31,710 nucleotides of DNA from positions 1 through 31,710 of the IMG/VR virus record IMGVR_UViG_3300024284_000017; one strand, written 5' to 3'. The stretch is from a virus. Its lineage: Duplodnaviria; Caudoviricetes. The translations under genes were made by a program, and so were the position numbers. The number at the start of each line of letters is the position of its first letter. The stretch's first letter is position 1. The notes under the pieces were generated by a model, which did not search any database, was not told the origin of the DNA, and was given only the letters and a program-made list of their open reading frames with translations. Shown here in pieces: positions 1 to 9,740 of the stretch.

Positions 1-3000
1 CCTCTTGGTTGTTTTTCTTTGCGAACGCGACCGTGTTCTCAGAAAACTTTTTGTCCACTGCCACGTTCAGGTCAATCGAGGTCATCGGTTCGCCATTCGG
101 ACCTTTGGTCTCCAGATTAAACACCCCAACCTTCGCCTCGGGCACCGCATCCAAGACTCCTTGGAACGCCTTCATTTCTTCCGCCACCCTTTCAGGAGTC
201 AACAGGTCGCGCGGAATGTTTTTACTGGCGAGCGTGACGACATGCAACGGCTTTCCAGCAATATCCGCGACGGAGCCGTCCCGGTCGAACGTCTCGCCGA
301 ATTTCCCGCCGCTCTTGACGGCTTCGAGAGCGTCCTTCATCTTTTCCCCGGTGAGAAAAGCCCGGCGCCCCGTGAACTCGTTTGCCTCAAGCTCGCCCGT
401 TCGCGCGACGTTGCCGCGCTCCGCGGGTTGGAACTGGCCGATTTTGACCGAGTGCTCCAAGGCCTGCGCCCGGTCCAAAAATTTTCCGGACTTCGTATTG
501 AATCCGTCAGTCAGGTAGCCGGACGAATACAATCCAGAGGGGTCAGGGTCTGTCAGGTTCGTGCCCGGCGGCAGGTCTTTGACCTCGCCCTTGCGCGCGG
601 CTTCGTAAAAGTTGTCCAAGGCCTCACCGTGCCAGGAGCCCTTGAACACCTGCCCGCCTTTGGTGCGGATGGATGCCGTGACGACGGGGTCTGGGCCTTC
701 GGCCAGGATTGATTTCCATAAATCGGGAGTTAAGGAAATTGTGTAAGCTCCAAACATTCCCAGGCCCGCTTTTTTTACACTGTCCGGGGCTTTAGAGAAT
801 GCGTCGCGGGCGGATTCAACCAGCCCAGCATCAAACTTTCCGACAGGGTCTCCAATAGCGTTCTCCTTGACTTTGGCCTCAAGCCACCCTCCGGGAAGGC
901 TTTTTACGGTCACTTCCGTTCCAAATTTTTTCTTGAGGGCGGTTCGGACGGTGTTGGTTTTCCAAGTTGATTCACCTTCTTCTGGCTTTTCAGGTAAAAA
1001 TCCACCGCGGGACTCAGGCGTGGCAAAAGGCGGCTTACTGTCGGGGCGCGAGCGTCGCCAGCCCGCGGGACCGGCAGCCGAACCCGTGTCGGTCGCAGCT
1101 TCCACAGCTTCGCGGAAGAATTGCGCCTTGGTGGCGTCGGCAGACGCACGGTCGAGCGCATCAAAATTTCCAGCGCGCACCTCGGCCATCGTCGCCTGGG
1201 CGGTCTTCGCTGCGATGTCCTGGGCATCCATCAGCGCGCGGAGGTCTGCCGGATTTTTCAACCCGAGACCCAGCTCGTAAGCCGAACCCGTGAGCGTCCC
1301 GCCGGGGCCGAAAAACTTCTGCCACTCTTCCGGCGTGGCGTTGACCACGTCGTTGATGGTCTCGTTCACCGGCTTCTCGGTCAAAAACCCAGCGCGCGTG
1401 ATGTCGGTCGAGCCGCCGCGGCCCGTAAGTTCAGGACGACGTTCGGCCTGCAAAAGGTCCGTGGCGTTGAGCCGCTCGACGACCGTGTGCAGGTCACCCA
1501 CCGGCATGTTCGCCGCTCGAAAACGGTTGCGCAGCGGGTTGGTCTCCCGCACTTCGACTTCTCCGCGGCCCTTGGTCGCCTTGGCCGGGTAAACCGGGAT
1601 GTCCCCGCCGCCAGCGATGCGTTCGCTCTCCAAGCCTTGGGCAGCGCGAATCTCCTGCGCCTTGATGTTCGCCGGCAAACCTTTTCCAGCGCGCGCGGTG
1701 ACGGGTGGCCCGGTCTCCTTGCCTTGAAGCAGATTGAGCCACTGTTCCTTTTCAGCACCGAGGGGAACGCCCTCGCCTTGCTCAGCCGGAATCGACGCGC
1801 CCAGTTCTTCGGGCGGGCGAACGAGGGTCTCGCCGCCGCCACGGAAGCCGCGGTCCTGGTTATCCCAGTAAGTGTTGAGGTCAGCCAAAAGCTGGTCAGC
1901 GCCGGCAGCCGTGAGCGCGCCGGTCTCGTCCGTTTCCCAGGGAACCTTTTCCCCGGTCTTCTTCGCCCACTGAACCGCGCGGTCCACATTCGACAGAATT
2001 TTGTCCGTGCTGCGCGCGATGAGCTGCGGCTCGCCGGACTTCATGGTCTCCCAGCGCGTGGGCCGCATCTCTTTGGAATGCTTCTCGCGCAGTTCGGGTG
2101 GGAGCCCGCGACCAGCTTCGATTTCGGCCTCGCGCTCGGGCTCGGTCGGCTTGAAAACCTCGGCGGGGGCGCCAGAGTGTTCGACACGCAGGCCAACCTT
2201 TTCGTCCAACGCTTGATTGACCGTGTCAACGACGTCGCGGTTGGGCTTGTCCTCGGCCCACTTCATGGCGACGCCGGTATTGGTGACCTCGGCACGTCGG
2301 GCCGATTTATCTGAGCGAACCGCCGGCTGACCTTCTGCGGGGGCCGGCGCGGGAGGGGGCGCTGCCGGGGCCGCTTCTTGTTTGGCCGGCGGTTCGAAAT
2401 TGAGTTCTCCCTGGGTGCCCTCGACGGGAACCTGGAGCTTGGTTTCTGAGGGCGCCTCCGCTGGCTTCACCTCGACGGGAGCCGCCGGCGCTTCGGGAGC
2501 GGCGGGTTTAACCTCGGGAGCGGTGGCTTGCTGAGCCGCGAGATTGTCGCGCTCGCTGAGGATATCCCCAGACGCCTCGACCAGCCGCTTGCGCAGAGAG
2601 TAGGAAGGCTTGATGTCCAAGCCGGGGGTCTTCCGCCCGGCGGTCATGTCAACACCAAGCGCGTTGCCCAGCGCCAGGGACGCGTCGAGCAGGACTTGCT
2701 TGAACCCGCGCCGCGGAGCAGGAAGCCCCAAAGATTCGAGCGACGTGTTGTAGAGCAGGTTCGCCCAGTTGTCCGCGATGAATTCGCTCTCGACTTCGTC
2801 GGGCGTCATCTTCCGGTTGAGCTGGGACTCGTAGTGGTCTTTGAGCTGCTGAATCTCGTCGCCCGTGTATGCCTCACGCACGGCATCGTGCAAAGCTTTT
2901 CGCGCCTCGGGAGCCATGACGGACTCCAAAATGTGCGAAGCCTCGTGCGGAGCGTCCTCAGCCGACTTGACCAGCGTGACCATCTCGCCACTGCCGGAGT

Positions 3001-4894
3001 CATCCGCCATGAAAATTTTCGAGATGCCGCGAGTCTTCGCTTCCTCGGCAACCGCCGCCGTCTGCTCGGGCGTCAACGGCTGCCCGCCATTCGCGCGCAC
3101 CGTGTCGTTCTCGATGGCCTTTTGATACGTGGCGTCGTCCACCAAGAAAAGCTTGCGCCCGAACGGACGCAGCGTCTCGCGCAGGCTGTTGACCATGTTC
3201 CGCGCGTTCTCAGGCGCCGCGGCAGCCGTCTGCTCGTGGACCGCATTCATCGACGAGAAGTTGTCGTAGCCGGGGGACTCGGTCTTCTCCCAGGTGATTT
3301 GTCCGGGGTCGAAATAACGTTTGGCGCCGGCTTCGGCCACCGCGCCTTTTACTCCGCGCACCGTTCCATGAACAGCGCCGCCCACTGCGCCGACGCCGAG
3401 GATGCCACCTTGTGGCTCGTCAGTGGCGAACGCGAGTGGGGCGGTCGCTGCCGCACCTTCAAGTGCGCCTACCACGGGCGGTTTGACAAACTCCGCGGCA
3501 GTCTTCGCCGCGTTCAAAACTTTGGCACCGGTCGTCTGTTCGAGACCCAGGAGGAGCTGCTTGCCTTCGGACGGGCCAGCGGCAGCGCCGGCTTCGCCGA
3601 TTTCCCGGAGGAGCGTTCCGCCCTTCTCGATGATTTTTCCAGCCGCTTTGGTCGCGCCGGCCACAGCCATCGCTTTGAAAAAGTGTCCAGAGCCCAAGCC
3701 CGCGGCGGTGAACGTCGGCAGATGTGCCGCCTTGCCCAACGCCTGCCCGGTGACTTCGGCGCCGCGACCGACAACTTCTGCGCCCTTCGACGCAGCTTGT
3801 CCAGCCGCGCGGCCCAGATATCCCAGCGCCGCTTGCGCTCCGGCATCGTTGGCCGCGGTGAAAATTACGCGACCGCCCAGCGCGACGCCCTTCAATCCCG
3901 CGCCAGTGGCGACCAGGGTAATGGGGTCGGTAAGGCTGAGTAGCTTGATGTTTTCCGGGTTGAGTTGCACCCCCTCGCTGACGAGGTCTTTGACGCCTTC
4001 GCCGCGCGAGAGACCTTCGACCGTTTCGCGCCAACCGAGGTCTTTGAAAAGCTCGTTCTTGAGTTCATCGTCGGAGATTTTTCGCCAGTCTTTTTTGCCT
4101 CCGAATTCGAAGGCGGGACCAACCAGCTTTCGGGTCCCTTGTCGCACCATGTCCTGGAGCGACCCAACAGCGGTCTCGGTGCCCGCGATGGCTTCAGCGA
4201 TTGCCGCTTCCTTGGCATCCTCGGTCATGTTCTCCCACTGGTCGCGCTTCTCGGGGTCCAACGCCTCGCCACGCATTTTCATCGTGACCGCGTCCACCAG
4301 AGGAGCCACCGCGATGTCGCTAATGTTCTCCAGGCGTTTGGGAATAGACTTAACGATGTCCTTCAGAAGCGGCAAGGTGTCCTTCTTAACAGACGCCACA
4401 GTCTTTTTGAGCGTGACCCCCTCGGCCTGCGCTTCGCGATACGTGTCCAGCGCCTTCTGATACCGCTTCGGGTCGCTGAAGATGTTGTCTTTGTTCGCGA
4501 AGATGAAATCGTGAATCTTGAAGTTCGGGTCTTTGGCCAAGTCCTGCGGCGTGCGCTCATCGAGAGCGTCGGCTTGCCGCTGGCCCTTGAACGGGTCCGC
4601 AACTTCCTGCTCGCCAGAAAACTTGTCGTGCGGGACCTGCTTCTCGGCGGCGAACTTATCCGCCGGCGGTTCCGCGGGCTCGCCTGGGAGCGGAGGAGGC
4701 GCGGGGATTCCTTTCGCCTTGAAAGCGTCCCGCATCTTTTTGCTCTCGGCATACCAATCATCCATCGACATCTTCTGTGGCCCCTTGGCGGGGACCATAG
4801 TCCCGCCTGGGACAGACACAGGTTTGATGTCCGAAGGCTGAAGTGGAATGTCCGTGAACTGCTCGCCCTTGGCGATATCCTCCAGAACAGGCAT
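1..4894 (-). CDS. Very large (>1630 aa, C-terminus outside window) virion/ejection-type modular 'polyvalent' protein with an HExxH metallopeptidase-like motif
   Basis: Manual translation from ATG at 4894 (MPVLEDIAKGEQF...) stays open to position 1, so it has no stop in the window and is missing from the ORF track. Contains Gly/Ala-rich helical segments, HEASH (2933-2947) with downstream EVESEFIAD, a Pro/Ala/Glu linker (~2330-2530) and later modules. It is the last gene of the structural run, where podovirus ejection proteins usually sit. Confidence 0.8.
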   Translation of the reverse strand, partial: MPVLEDIAKGEQFTDIPLQPSDIKPVSVPGGTMVPAKGPQKMSMDDWYAESKKMRDAFKAKGIPAPPPLPGEPAEPPADKFAAEKQVPHDKFSGEQEVADPFKGQRQADALDERTPQDLAKDPNFKIHDFIFANKDNIFSDPKRYQKALDTYREAQAEGVTLKKTVASVKKDTLPLLKDIVKSIPKRLENISDIAVAPLVDAVTMKMRGEALDPEKRDQWENMTEDAKEAAIAEAIAGTETAVGSLQDMVRQGTRKLVGPAFEFGGKKDWRKISDDELKNELFKDLGWRETVEGLSRGEGVKDLVSEGVQLNPENIKLLSLTDPITLVATGAGLKGVALGGRVIFTAANDAGAQAALGYLGRAAGQAASKGAEVVGRGAEVTGQALGKAAHLPTFTAAGLGSGHFFKAMAVAGATKAAGKIIEKGGTLLREIGEAGAAAGPSEGKQLLLGLEQTTGAKVLNAAKTAAEFVKPPVVGALEGAAATAPLAFATDEPQGGILGVGAVGGAVHGTVRGVKGAVAEAGAKRYFDPGQITWEKTESPGYDNFSSMNAVHEQTAAAAPENARNMVNSLRETLRPFGRKLFLVDDATYQKAIENDTVRANGGQPLTPEQTAAVAEEAKTRGISKIFMADDSGSGEMVTLVKSAEDAPHEASHILESVMAPEARKALHDAVREAYTGDEIQQLKDHYESQLNRKMTPDEVESEFIADNWANLLYNTSLESLGLPAPRRGFKQVLLDASLALGNALGVDMTAGRKTPGLDIKPSYSLRKRLVEASGDILSERDNLAAQQATAPEVKPAAPEAPAAPVEVKPAEAPSETKLQVPVEGTQGELNFEPPAKQEAAPAAPPPAPAPAEGQPAVRSDKSARRAEVTNTGVAMKWAEDKPNRDVVDTVNQALDEKVGLRVEHSGAPAEVFKPTEPEREAEIEAGRGLPPELREKHSKEMRPTRWETMKSGEPQLIARSTDKILSNVDRAVQWAKKTGEKVPWETDETGALTAAGADQLLADLNTYWDNQDRGFRGGGETLVRPPEELGASIPAEQGEGVPLGAEKEQWLNLLQGKETGPPVTARAGKGLPANIKAQEIRAAQGLESERIAGGGDIPVYPAKATKGRGEVEVRETNPLRNRFRAANMPVGDLHTVVERLNATDLLQAERRPELTGRGGSTDITRAGFLTEKPVNETINDVVNATPEEWQKFFGPGGTLTGSAYELGLGLKNPADLRALMDAQDIAAKTAQATMAEVRAGNFDALDRASADATKAQFFREAVEAATDTGSAAGPAGWRRSRPDSKPPFATPESRGGFLPEKPEEGESTWKTNTVRTALKKKFGTEVTVKSLPGGWLEAKVKENAIGDPVGKFDAGLVESARDAFSKAPDSVKKAGLGMFGAYTISLTPDLWKSILAEGPDPVVTASIRTKGGQVFKGSWHGEALDNFYEAARKGEVKDLPPGTNLTDPDPSGLYSSGYLTDGFNTKSGKFLDRAQALEHSVKIGQFQPAERGNVARTGELEANEFTGRRAFLTGEKMKDALEAVKSGGKFGETFDRDGSVADIAGKPLHVVTLASKNIPRDLLTPERVAEEMKAFQGVLDAVPEAKVGVFNLETKGPNGEPMTSIDLNVAVDKKFSENTVAFAKKNNQE

Positions 4895-4896
4895 AA

Positions 4897-6207
4897 CTAT
4901 TGAGTGACCGGCGGTTTGTATTTCCGATTGACGAACTTCCGACCGTCAGGTGAAAAGTAGAACTGCGCGTCCTCGGGCGCCTCGTCCGGCGAGTTCACCG
5001 TCGGAATCTGCTGCACCAACTTCTCGCCAGCTCCGGTCGCCGCGCTGGGGGCGGCTCCTGGAGGGCCGGCTTGCGGCGCTGGAGCGGCGGGCGCGGCGCC
5101 CGGTTGAGCTGCCGGCTGCGCGGCGGGTTGCGCCGCAGCAGGGGTAAGTTCAGTCGTGCCGGTCACCGTGGTTCCCGGCTTGGCGCGGTTCGGCAAGTCC
5201 ACAAAGTTTTTCCCCTTGAGGATGTTCATCTCCTCGTCCGAGAAAACTTCATCCAGGTCGTTGGAGAGATTTTGCTTCTCCGCACGCCGCTTGATGAACT
5301 GGTAGTGGTCCCGCGAGTCGTCCGAGATGGCTTGGTTGAACGCCTGAAAAGCTTTCGCCATCTGCCGGCGGTCGTTTTCCGTGAGGATGGCCCCGGCGGG
5401 CAGCTCGTCGTGACTCGGGTTCGAAAAATACTGCTCCCACTTTTTCCGAAGCTGGTCGGCAAAGGGCGACTGCTTGTTCACGAAGTCAATCATCGACGGA
5501 CGAATGACCGCGGACGGATTGGCGACTTTGAGGAACGCGTCAATCAAAACGCCGTCCTCGGCGTTCGACGGAGTCGGGTTCGACAAAACATTCTTGGCGG
5601 TCCGCAGCGCGCCGATGGAAACGTCCAGCCCGCGCTCGTGGTTCTTCTTGTCCTTTTGCGAGACCAGCTCGTCGATGGCCTTGGGCGCGTTGACGTCTTT
5701 GGTCGAGACCGTTCGTGACGCGCTCACGGGCGTCCCCTGCTTGGTGACCATCTGACCCGTGACGGTTTCACGGCCCGACGGTTCGACGGTAGTCGTGGTC
5801 TGCTCGTGTGCGTTCAGCAAAAGTTGTCGGTCCAGGTCGCGTTGTTCCTTGGACTGAATCGCGGTCTGGATGTTCTTGAGCGCGCTGGGCACGTCAAGCG
5901 TTCCGTCCAGGCGCATCGGCAGCTCCATGCCCTCGTGCCCAGCGGTTTCGGAATGCAGCTTGGCGATTGCCTCGGGCGAGCCGCCCTGCTTCACGTTCTC
6001 CAACTCCTGGCGCGCCTTGCGCGCGGCGGTCTCGTGCATGAGCGGGGCGAGCGCGGTGTTGGTCGCTTCCTCGCGCAGCATCTTTCGCGACTGCAAATAG
6101 TGAAGCAGGTCCTCGGAGTCCAACTCGTTGAGCACCGCGCGCGTGGGCTTCTTGCGAAAGTCCGCCTCGTATTTCGCCTTGAGGGCTTTGAAACGTTCGG
6201 TAGGCAT
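4897..6207 (-). CDS. Putative internal virion / DNA-ejection protein
   Basis: 436 aa, charged and helical with a Pro/Ala-rich linker near the C-terminus; lies between the S74-bearing protein and the giant protein. Function inferred from synteny. Confidence 0.55.
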   Translation of the reverse strand: MPTERFKALKAKYEADFRKKPTRAVLNELDSEDLLHYLQSRKMLREEATNTALAPLMHETAARKARQELENVKQGGSPEAIAKLHSETAGHEGMELPMRLDGTLDVPSALKNIQTAIQSKEQRDLDRQLLLNAHEQTTTTVEPSGRETVTGQMVTKQGTPVSASRTVSTKDVNAPKAIDELVSQKDKKNHERGLDVSIGALRTAKNVLSNPTPSNAEDGVLIDAFLKVANPSAVIRPSMIDFVNKQSPFADQLRKKWEQYFSNPSHDELPAGAILTENDRRQMAKAFQAFNQAISDDSRDHYQFIKRRAEKQNLSNDLDEVFSDEEMNILKGKNFVDLPNRAKPGTTVTGTTELTPAAAQPAAQPAAQPGAAPAAPAPQAGPPGAAPSAATGAGEKLVQQIPTVNSPDEAPEDAQFYFSPDGRKFVNRKYKPPVTQ

Positions 6208-6210
6208 AGA

Positions 6211-6558
6211 TTACTCCAGTTGCATCAGCGAACCAAATCCGAGTGAGCCGCCCCCGGTTCCGGGGCTTCCGCCGGACTCGCTGAACTGAAGACCCGACAG
6301 TCCGCCGCTCGGAGTGGTGCTGGCTTGGGGAGCCGTGTCCTGGCCCGGCAGCTTTTCGTCGAGAACAGAACGAGCCGCCGCTTTTCGCGCAGCGTCATCC
6401 TCTTTCTTGTCCGCGTCTGTCTGAGTCTTGGCGGCTGAACTGTGGGCAGCCGGCGCCGATTGAAACTTTTGCAAGTCACCAATGGATTGCACCAGCGCAC
6501 TCAGCGCCGCATTTTTTACGTCCGTATTGACTGGAACCAATGGAATGTCCAACGGCAT
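6211..6558 (-). CDS. Small putative internal virion protein
   Basis: 115 aa with a Gly/Ser-rich C-terminus, tightly packed (1-nt and 3-nt gaps to neighbours). Confidence 0.55.
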   Translation of the reverse strand: MPLDIPLVPVNTDVKNAALSALVQSIGDLQKFQSAPAAHSSAAKTQTDADKKEDDAARKAAARSVLDEKLPGQDTAPQASTTPSGGLSGLQFSESGGSPGTGGGSLGFGSLMQLE

Positions 6559-6559
6559 A

Positions 6560-7813
6560 TTACGCCCTCGCGTGCTTCAGTTGTTTGATTTCCTGAACCA
6601 GCGCCTTCACGCTGGCCAGCGCCACTCCGATTGCATCTACGACCGGGATGGTCGTGGCGTCACCATCACCGGAACCGAAAAGCTTGTCCCAGTCCTGGGC
6701 CATCGGACCGGTATGCCGGCCTTTGGGGACGTCTTTAATGCCGTCCTTGTATTCCCAGTTCGAGACGTTGAGCTTCTCGACCTTCTCCAAGATTTTCTTT
6801 TCATCCACGGGCTCGATGTTTTCTTTGGCGTTCTTGTCGGACAGCATGGACATCGCGCCCATCGACATGGACGACCCGCCACCGCTTTGACCGCCGCCGC
6901 CACCGTAGGCACCCTGGGCTTGACCGCCCCAGTTGCCGGCGGTCTGATTCAGAGCCGTGTCGCGGATGCGCGCAAACTCCAGCGCGCGCCACGCATCGAG
7001 GTTCGCCCTCTGCTGACCCAGCTCGCGCTTCGCTTGCCGCGCGCCGAGGTCCAGGTTCAAAACTTCGCGGCCCGTGAGACCGGTGCCCGTGCCGGCTTCC
7101 GTGGTGTTGGCCAAATTGAAAATCGCAGCCGAACGCGCCAGACCTTCGCGCTCGGACGACTGAATCGTCGGAAAAATGGACGACAGAATCTTCGCACGAG
7201 ATTCCTGCAAACTCTGCGCGGTGTCCGAAAGCTTGGCCGCTTCGAGCGACCGGGACTGCCGGAGTTTTTCGCCTGCGGACCCGAGGACCGTCGAGACGAC
7301 TCCACCGACGGACCGCCCCGTGGGCTTGATTCCCGCCTGGGCAGACTGGCCAACGCCGGCACGAACCAGTTCAGCCTGATACTCGGGCGGCAGCGTCCCG
7401 CCCATCTCCAGCACGTCGTTCGCTCGCGCGATGACGTTCTTCTGAAGGCGGTCCAGCTCCGGGTTCTTGTCGATGTTTTCCTTGAAAAGCTGATTGGCCA
7501 CCCGAGTCGATTCGAGACCCGACACAGGTGTCTGCGACTGGGCCAGGATGTCCTTGCGGGCCTGCTGGCCGGCGGCATACATCTCGGGCTCGTATTGTTT
7601 TTGAAGCGCGACACGGCGGTCGAGGTAACCCTTATCGTATTGCTGCGTGAGCAGAGTGATGCGCGATAAGTCGTAATCGTCGGACAACGCCTTTTTCTGC
7701 GCGATGATGCCGTTTCGCTGCGCGGCATACGCCTCCTTCATCGCCTTCTCGTCAGTGAAACGTTCGGCGATAGCTGCCGCTGACCCAATGATTCCACCTA
7801 CAGATACACCCAT
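6560..7813 (-). CDS. Putative DNA-transfer/ejection protein with C-terminal peptidase S74 (intramolecular chaperone) domain
   Basis: Gly-rich hydrophobic N-terminus and Gln/Ala-rich helices. The C-terminal SDKNAKENI...WEYK...HTGPMAQD...coiled coil matches the S74 autocleavage chaperone pattern. Confidence 0.75.
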   Translation of the reverse strand: MGVSVGGIIGSAAAIAERFTDEKAMKEAYAAQRNGIIAQKKALSDDYDLSRITLLTQQYDKGYLDRRVALQKQYEPEMYAAGQQARKDILAQSQTPVSGLESTRVANQLFKENIDKNPELDRLQKNVIARANDVLEMGGTLPPEYQAELVRAGVGQSAQAGIKPTGRSVGGVVSTVLGSAGEKLRQSRSLEAAKLSDTAQSLQESRAKILSSIFPTIQSSEREGLARSAAIFNLANTTEAGTGTGLTGREVLNLDLGARQAKRELGQQRANLDAWRALEFARIRDTALNQTAGNWGGQAQGAYGGGGGQSGGGSSMSMGAMSMLSDKNAKENIEPVDEKKILEKVEKLNVSNWEYKDGIKDVPKGRHTGPMAQDWDKLFGSGDGDATTIPVVDAIGVALASVKALVQEIKQLKHARA

Positions 7814-7817
7814 AAAT

Positions 7818-8282
7818 TTATAGTCGTTTTCTAAAACCTAGCTCGATTACTTCGTAACCGCGCTTTTCAAATATCCCGCGTCCACCATCTTCATTAACGG
7901 TAAACATATGACCATGCACGATGTTCGTGCAGCCGTGCGCACGGGAATCCCGCTCGGCCTGCTCCAACATCGCTTTTCCGACCCCGTTCCCGCGAGCCAG
8001 CGGGTCCACCCAAAAGAAAACCATCGTCGCAGTCTGCTCGCCGTTGAACGTGTCCTGCATGTAGGTCACGCCCGAGACGCCGACGGTGTAGCCGTCCAGC
8101 ATCGCGACTCGAATCGTCGCCACTCCTCGGTCCAGGAGCGGCGCCCACACCTGCTGAACTGCGGCCATGCTGAACTGTCCCGGATACTTCACGTCAATGA
8201 AGTATCGCGCGAACATCGCGTGCAGGTGTCGCAGTCCGTGTGGGCGGACCTCCACCAAATCTAGTTTTTGACAAGGTGCCAT
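7818..8282 (-). CDS. GNAT-family acetyltransferase
   Basis: Motif A FWVDPLARGNGVGKAML and C-terminal IFEKRGY. Start uncertain (ATG 8282 or TTG 8288). Confidence 0.85.
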   Translation of the reverse strand: MAPCQKLDLVEVRPHGLRHLHAMFARYFIDVKYPGQFSMAAVQQVWAPLLDRGVATIRVAMLDGYTVGVSGVTYMQDTFNGEQTATMVFFWVDPLARGNGVGKAMLEQAERDSRAHGCTNIVHGHMFTVNEDGGRGIFEKRGYEVIELGFRKRL

Positions 8283-9340
8283 AGCCAAACTGTCGGCTGA
8301 ACCGTGTTGTGACCCGTCGCCGCGGTCGTGTAACTGGGCGCATCTTCGATGGTGAACTGTTTGCTCGTCACCAACTGCGTTCCAGTCGAGCCCAAGCTGA
8401 CGCCAGTCTGACTGCCGTTCGGCGCGCTGTGCCCCGTGCGAGCGGTCTGCGAATTCGGCGGCGTCGGGCTCGGAATCCCCGCGTTCAAAATCTCGGTGTC
8501 CGCGTCTTCAACGCGGAACAGAACGATGTTCGAGTTCACGCTATTCAAAAGCGTGGCGTGCCCAATCATGTGCGAGTGTTGCTGAACTTCCAGCGACCCG
8601 AGCACATGGAGTTCTTCGCCGAAAACTTCATTCGCCGCGCGCTGCGTCACGCCCGCGGGGGTGGACACCGTGTTCACCGGCGAGCTGCCCGCGTCTTTCG
8701 CCGCCTGGGCGATGGTGCGACCGCGCCGGCTCTCGTCGTTACCGAAGAGGACCGACCAACCGGGGTTCGCCGCCAGCGCCAACGTCAGATTGTCTGCCGT
8801 CACCGCCTTGACGTCGCCGGGGGTGCCGGAGACCGTGCGCCACGCGCTGCGTTCCCAGTGAATCAGGACGTTGATGTCCGTGTCAAAATACTGCTCCAGG
8901 TCCACGGGATTCGTCGGGCGATTCGCCGTGTTGCCGCTGTTCGGAACGCCGCCGGCGGCGTCCCAGGAATTTCCGTCCCAGCCATACCAGCCCAGGGGCC
9001 GGCTGCCGACCGTTCGGAACCAGATGAGCGGGTCCGCCGTCCCAGGCGTGCCGGGGTCGTTCGGGCCGATGAAAGCGAACTGCGACAACGAGTCGGAGAT
9101 GTCCAGGGGGACGTAATGCCCCACGTTGATGTCGAAGACATACAACTTGGTTCCGTTTTTGAACCACGGACCCGAGTTGCTCGCGGGCTCGACGTCGCCG
9201 ATGACGAAAAAGTTGGTGCCGACTGGGGACTGGATGTCCATCCGTTCGAGGATGGCCGCGAAGTATTCCTGCGGCGTGCCTTCGAAGTCGGGCGGCAACT
9301 GCGTCGCGACGATGACGAGATTAGTCTTTTGCAGTGGCAT
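8261..9340 (-). CDS. Tail protein with collar / short-tail-fibre-like C-terminal domain
   Basis: PGDVKAV...PGW...RGRTI...FGEELHVL...HSH...GHNTVQP...VK resembles the phage tail-collar/T4 gp10-gp12-like signature. Confidence 0.65.
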   Translation of the reverse strand: MPLQKTNLVIVATQLPPDFEGTPQEYFAAILERMDIQSPVGTNFFVIGDVEPASNSGPWFKNGTKLYVFDINVGHYVPLDISDSLSQFAFIGPNDPGTPGTADPLIWFRTVGSRPLGWYGWDGNSWDAAGGVPNSGNTANRPTNPVDLEQYFDTDINVLIHWERSAWRTVSGTPGDVKAVTADNLTLALAANPGWSVLFGNDESRRGRTIAQAAKDAGSSPVNTVSTPAGVTQRAANEVFGEELHVLGSLEVQQHSHMIGHATLLNSVNSNIVLFRVEDADTEILNAGIPSPTPPNSQTARTGHSAPNGSQTGVSLGSTGTQLVTSKQFTIEDAPSYTTAATGHNTVQPTVWLWHLVKN

Positions 9341-9343
9341 AAA

Positions 9344-9739
9344 TTACGGGCGCCGTTCCAAAGCTTGCACCCGCGCGGTCAGCGCGGTGAGCTGCCCTTG
9401 CAGCGCGTTGATTGAATTTTCATTCACGGCGCGAGCCGTCTCCAGAAACGTGATTTTATCGCGCAGTGAAAACACCAGCGACAGTAAAAGTTGAACCGGG
9501 TTCTCCAGATACAACGCCAGCCCATCGCCGTCATTGGCTTCCACCAGCGCATTGAACAACGCGGGGCCGTCCTCGACCGGGGCAAACGTTCCGCCGTTTC
9601 GGCGAGGGAATACTTTCGTGAAGGACTCGACCGCATGGTCAAGGTTCTTCCGGGCTTCGTCAAGCGTAGGACGCGGACGGGGGGCCGGCTGACCGCCGCC
9701 GTTTCCGTTGCCGTTGCCGTTGTTGTTCGGGTTCGCCAT
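9344..9739 (-). CDS. Hypothetical protein with C-terminal coiled coil
   Basis: 131 aa; Asn/Gly-rich N-terminus; heptad tail INALQGQLTALTARVQALE; fills the gap between neighbours exactly. Confidence 0.65.
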   Translation of the reverse strand: MANPNNNGNGNGNGGGQPAPRPRPTLDEARKNLDHAVESFTKVFPRRNGGTFAPVEDGPALFNALVEANDGDGLALYLENPVQLLLSLVFSLRDKITFLETARAVNENSINALQGQLTALTARVQALERRP

Positions 9740-9740
9740 A

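Noticed and set aside
6205-6213. In-frame TAA-NNN-ATG junctions (also near 9340, 12127, 13569, 19049, 26786) suggesting stop-codon recoding
   Set aside because: Many other junctions have 1, 2 or 4-nt gaps or overlaps, each downstream ORF has its own start, and genes with known motifs are not interrupted by internal stops.
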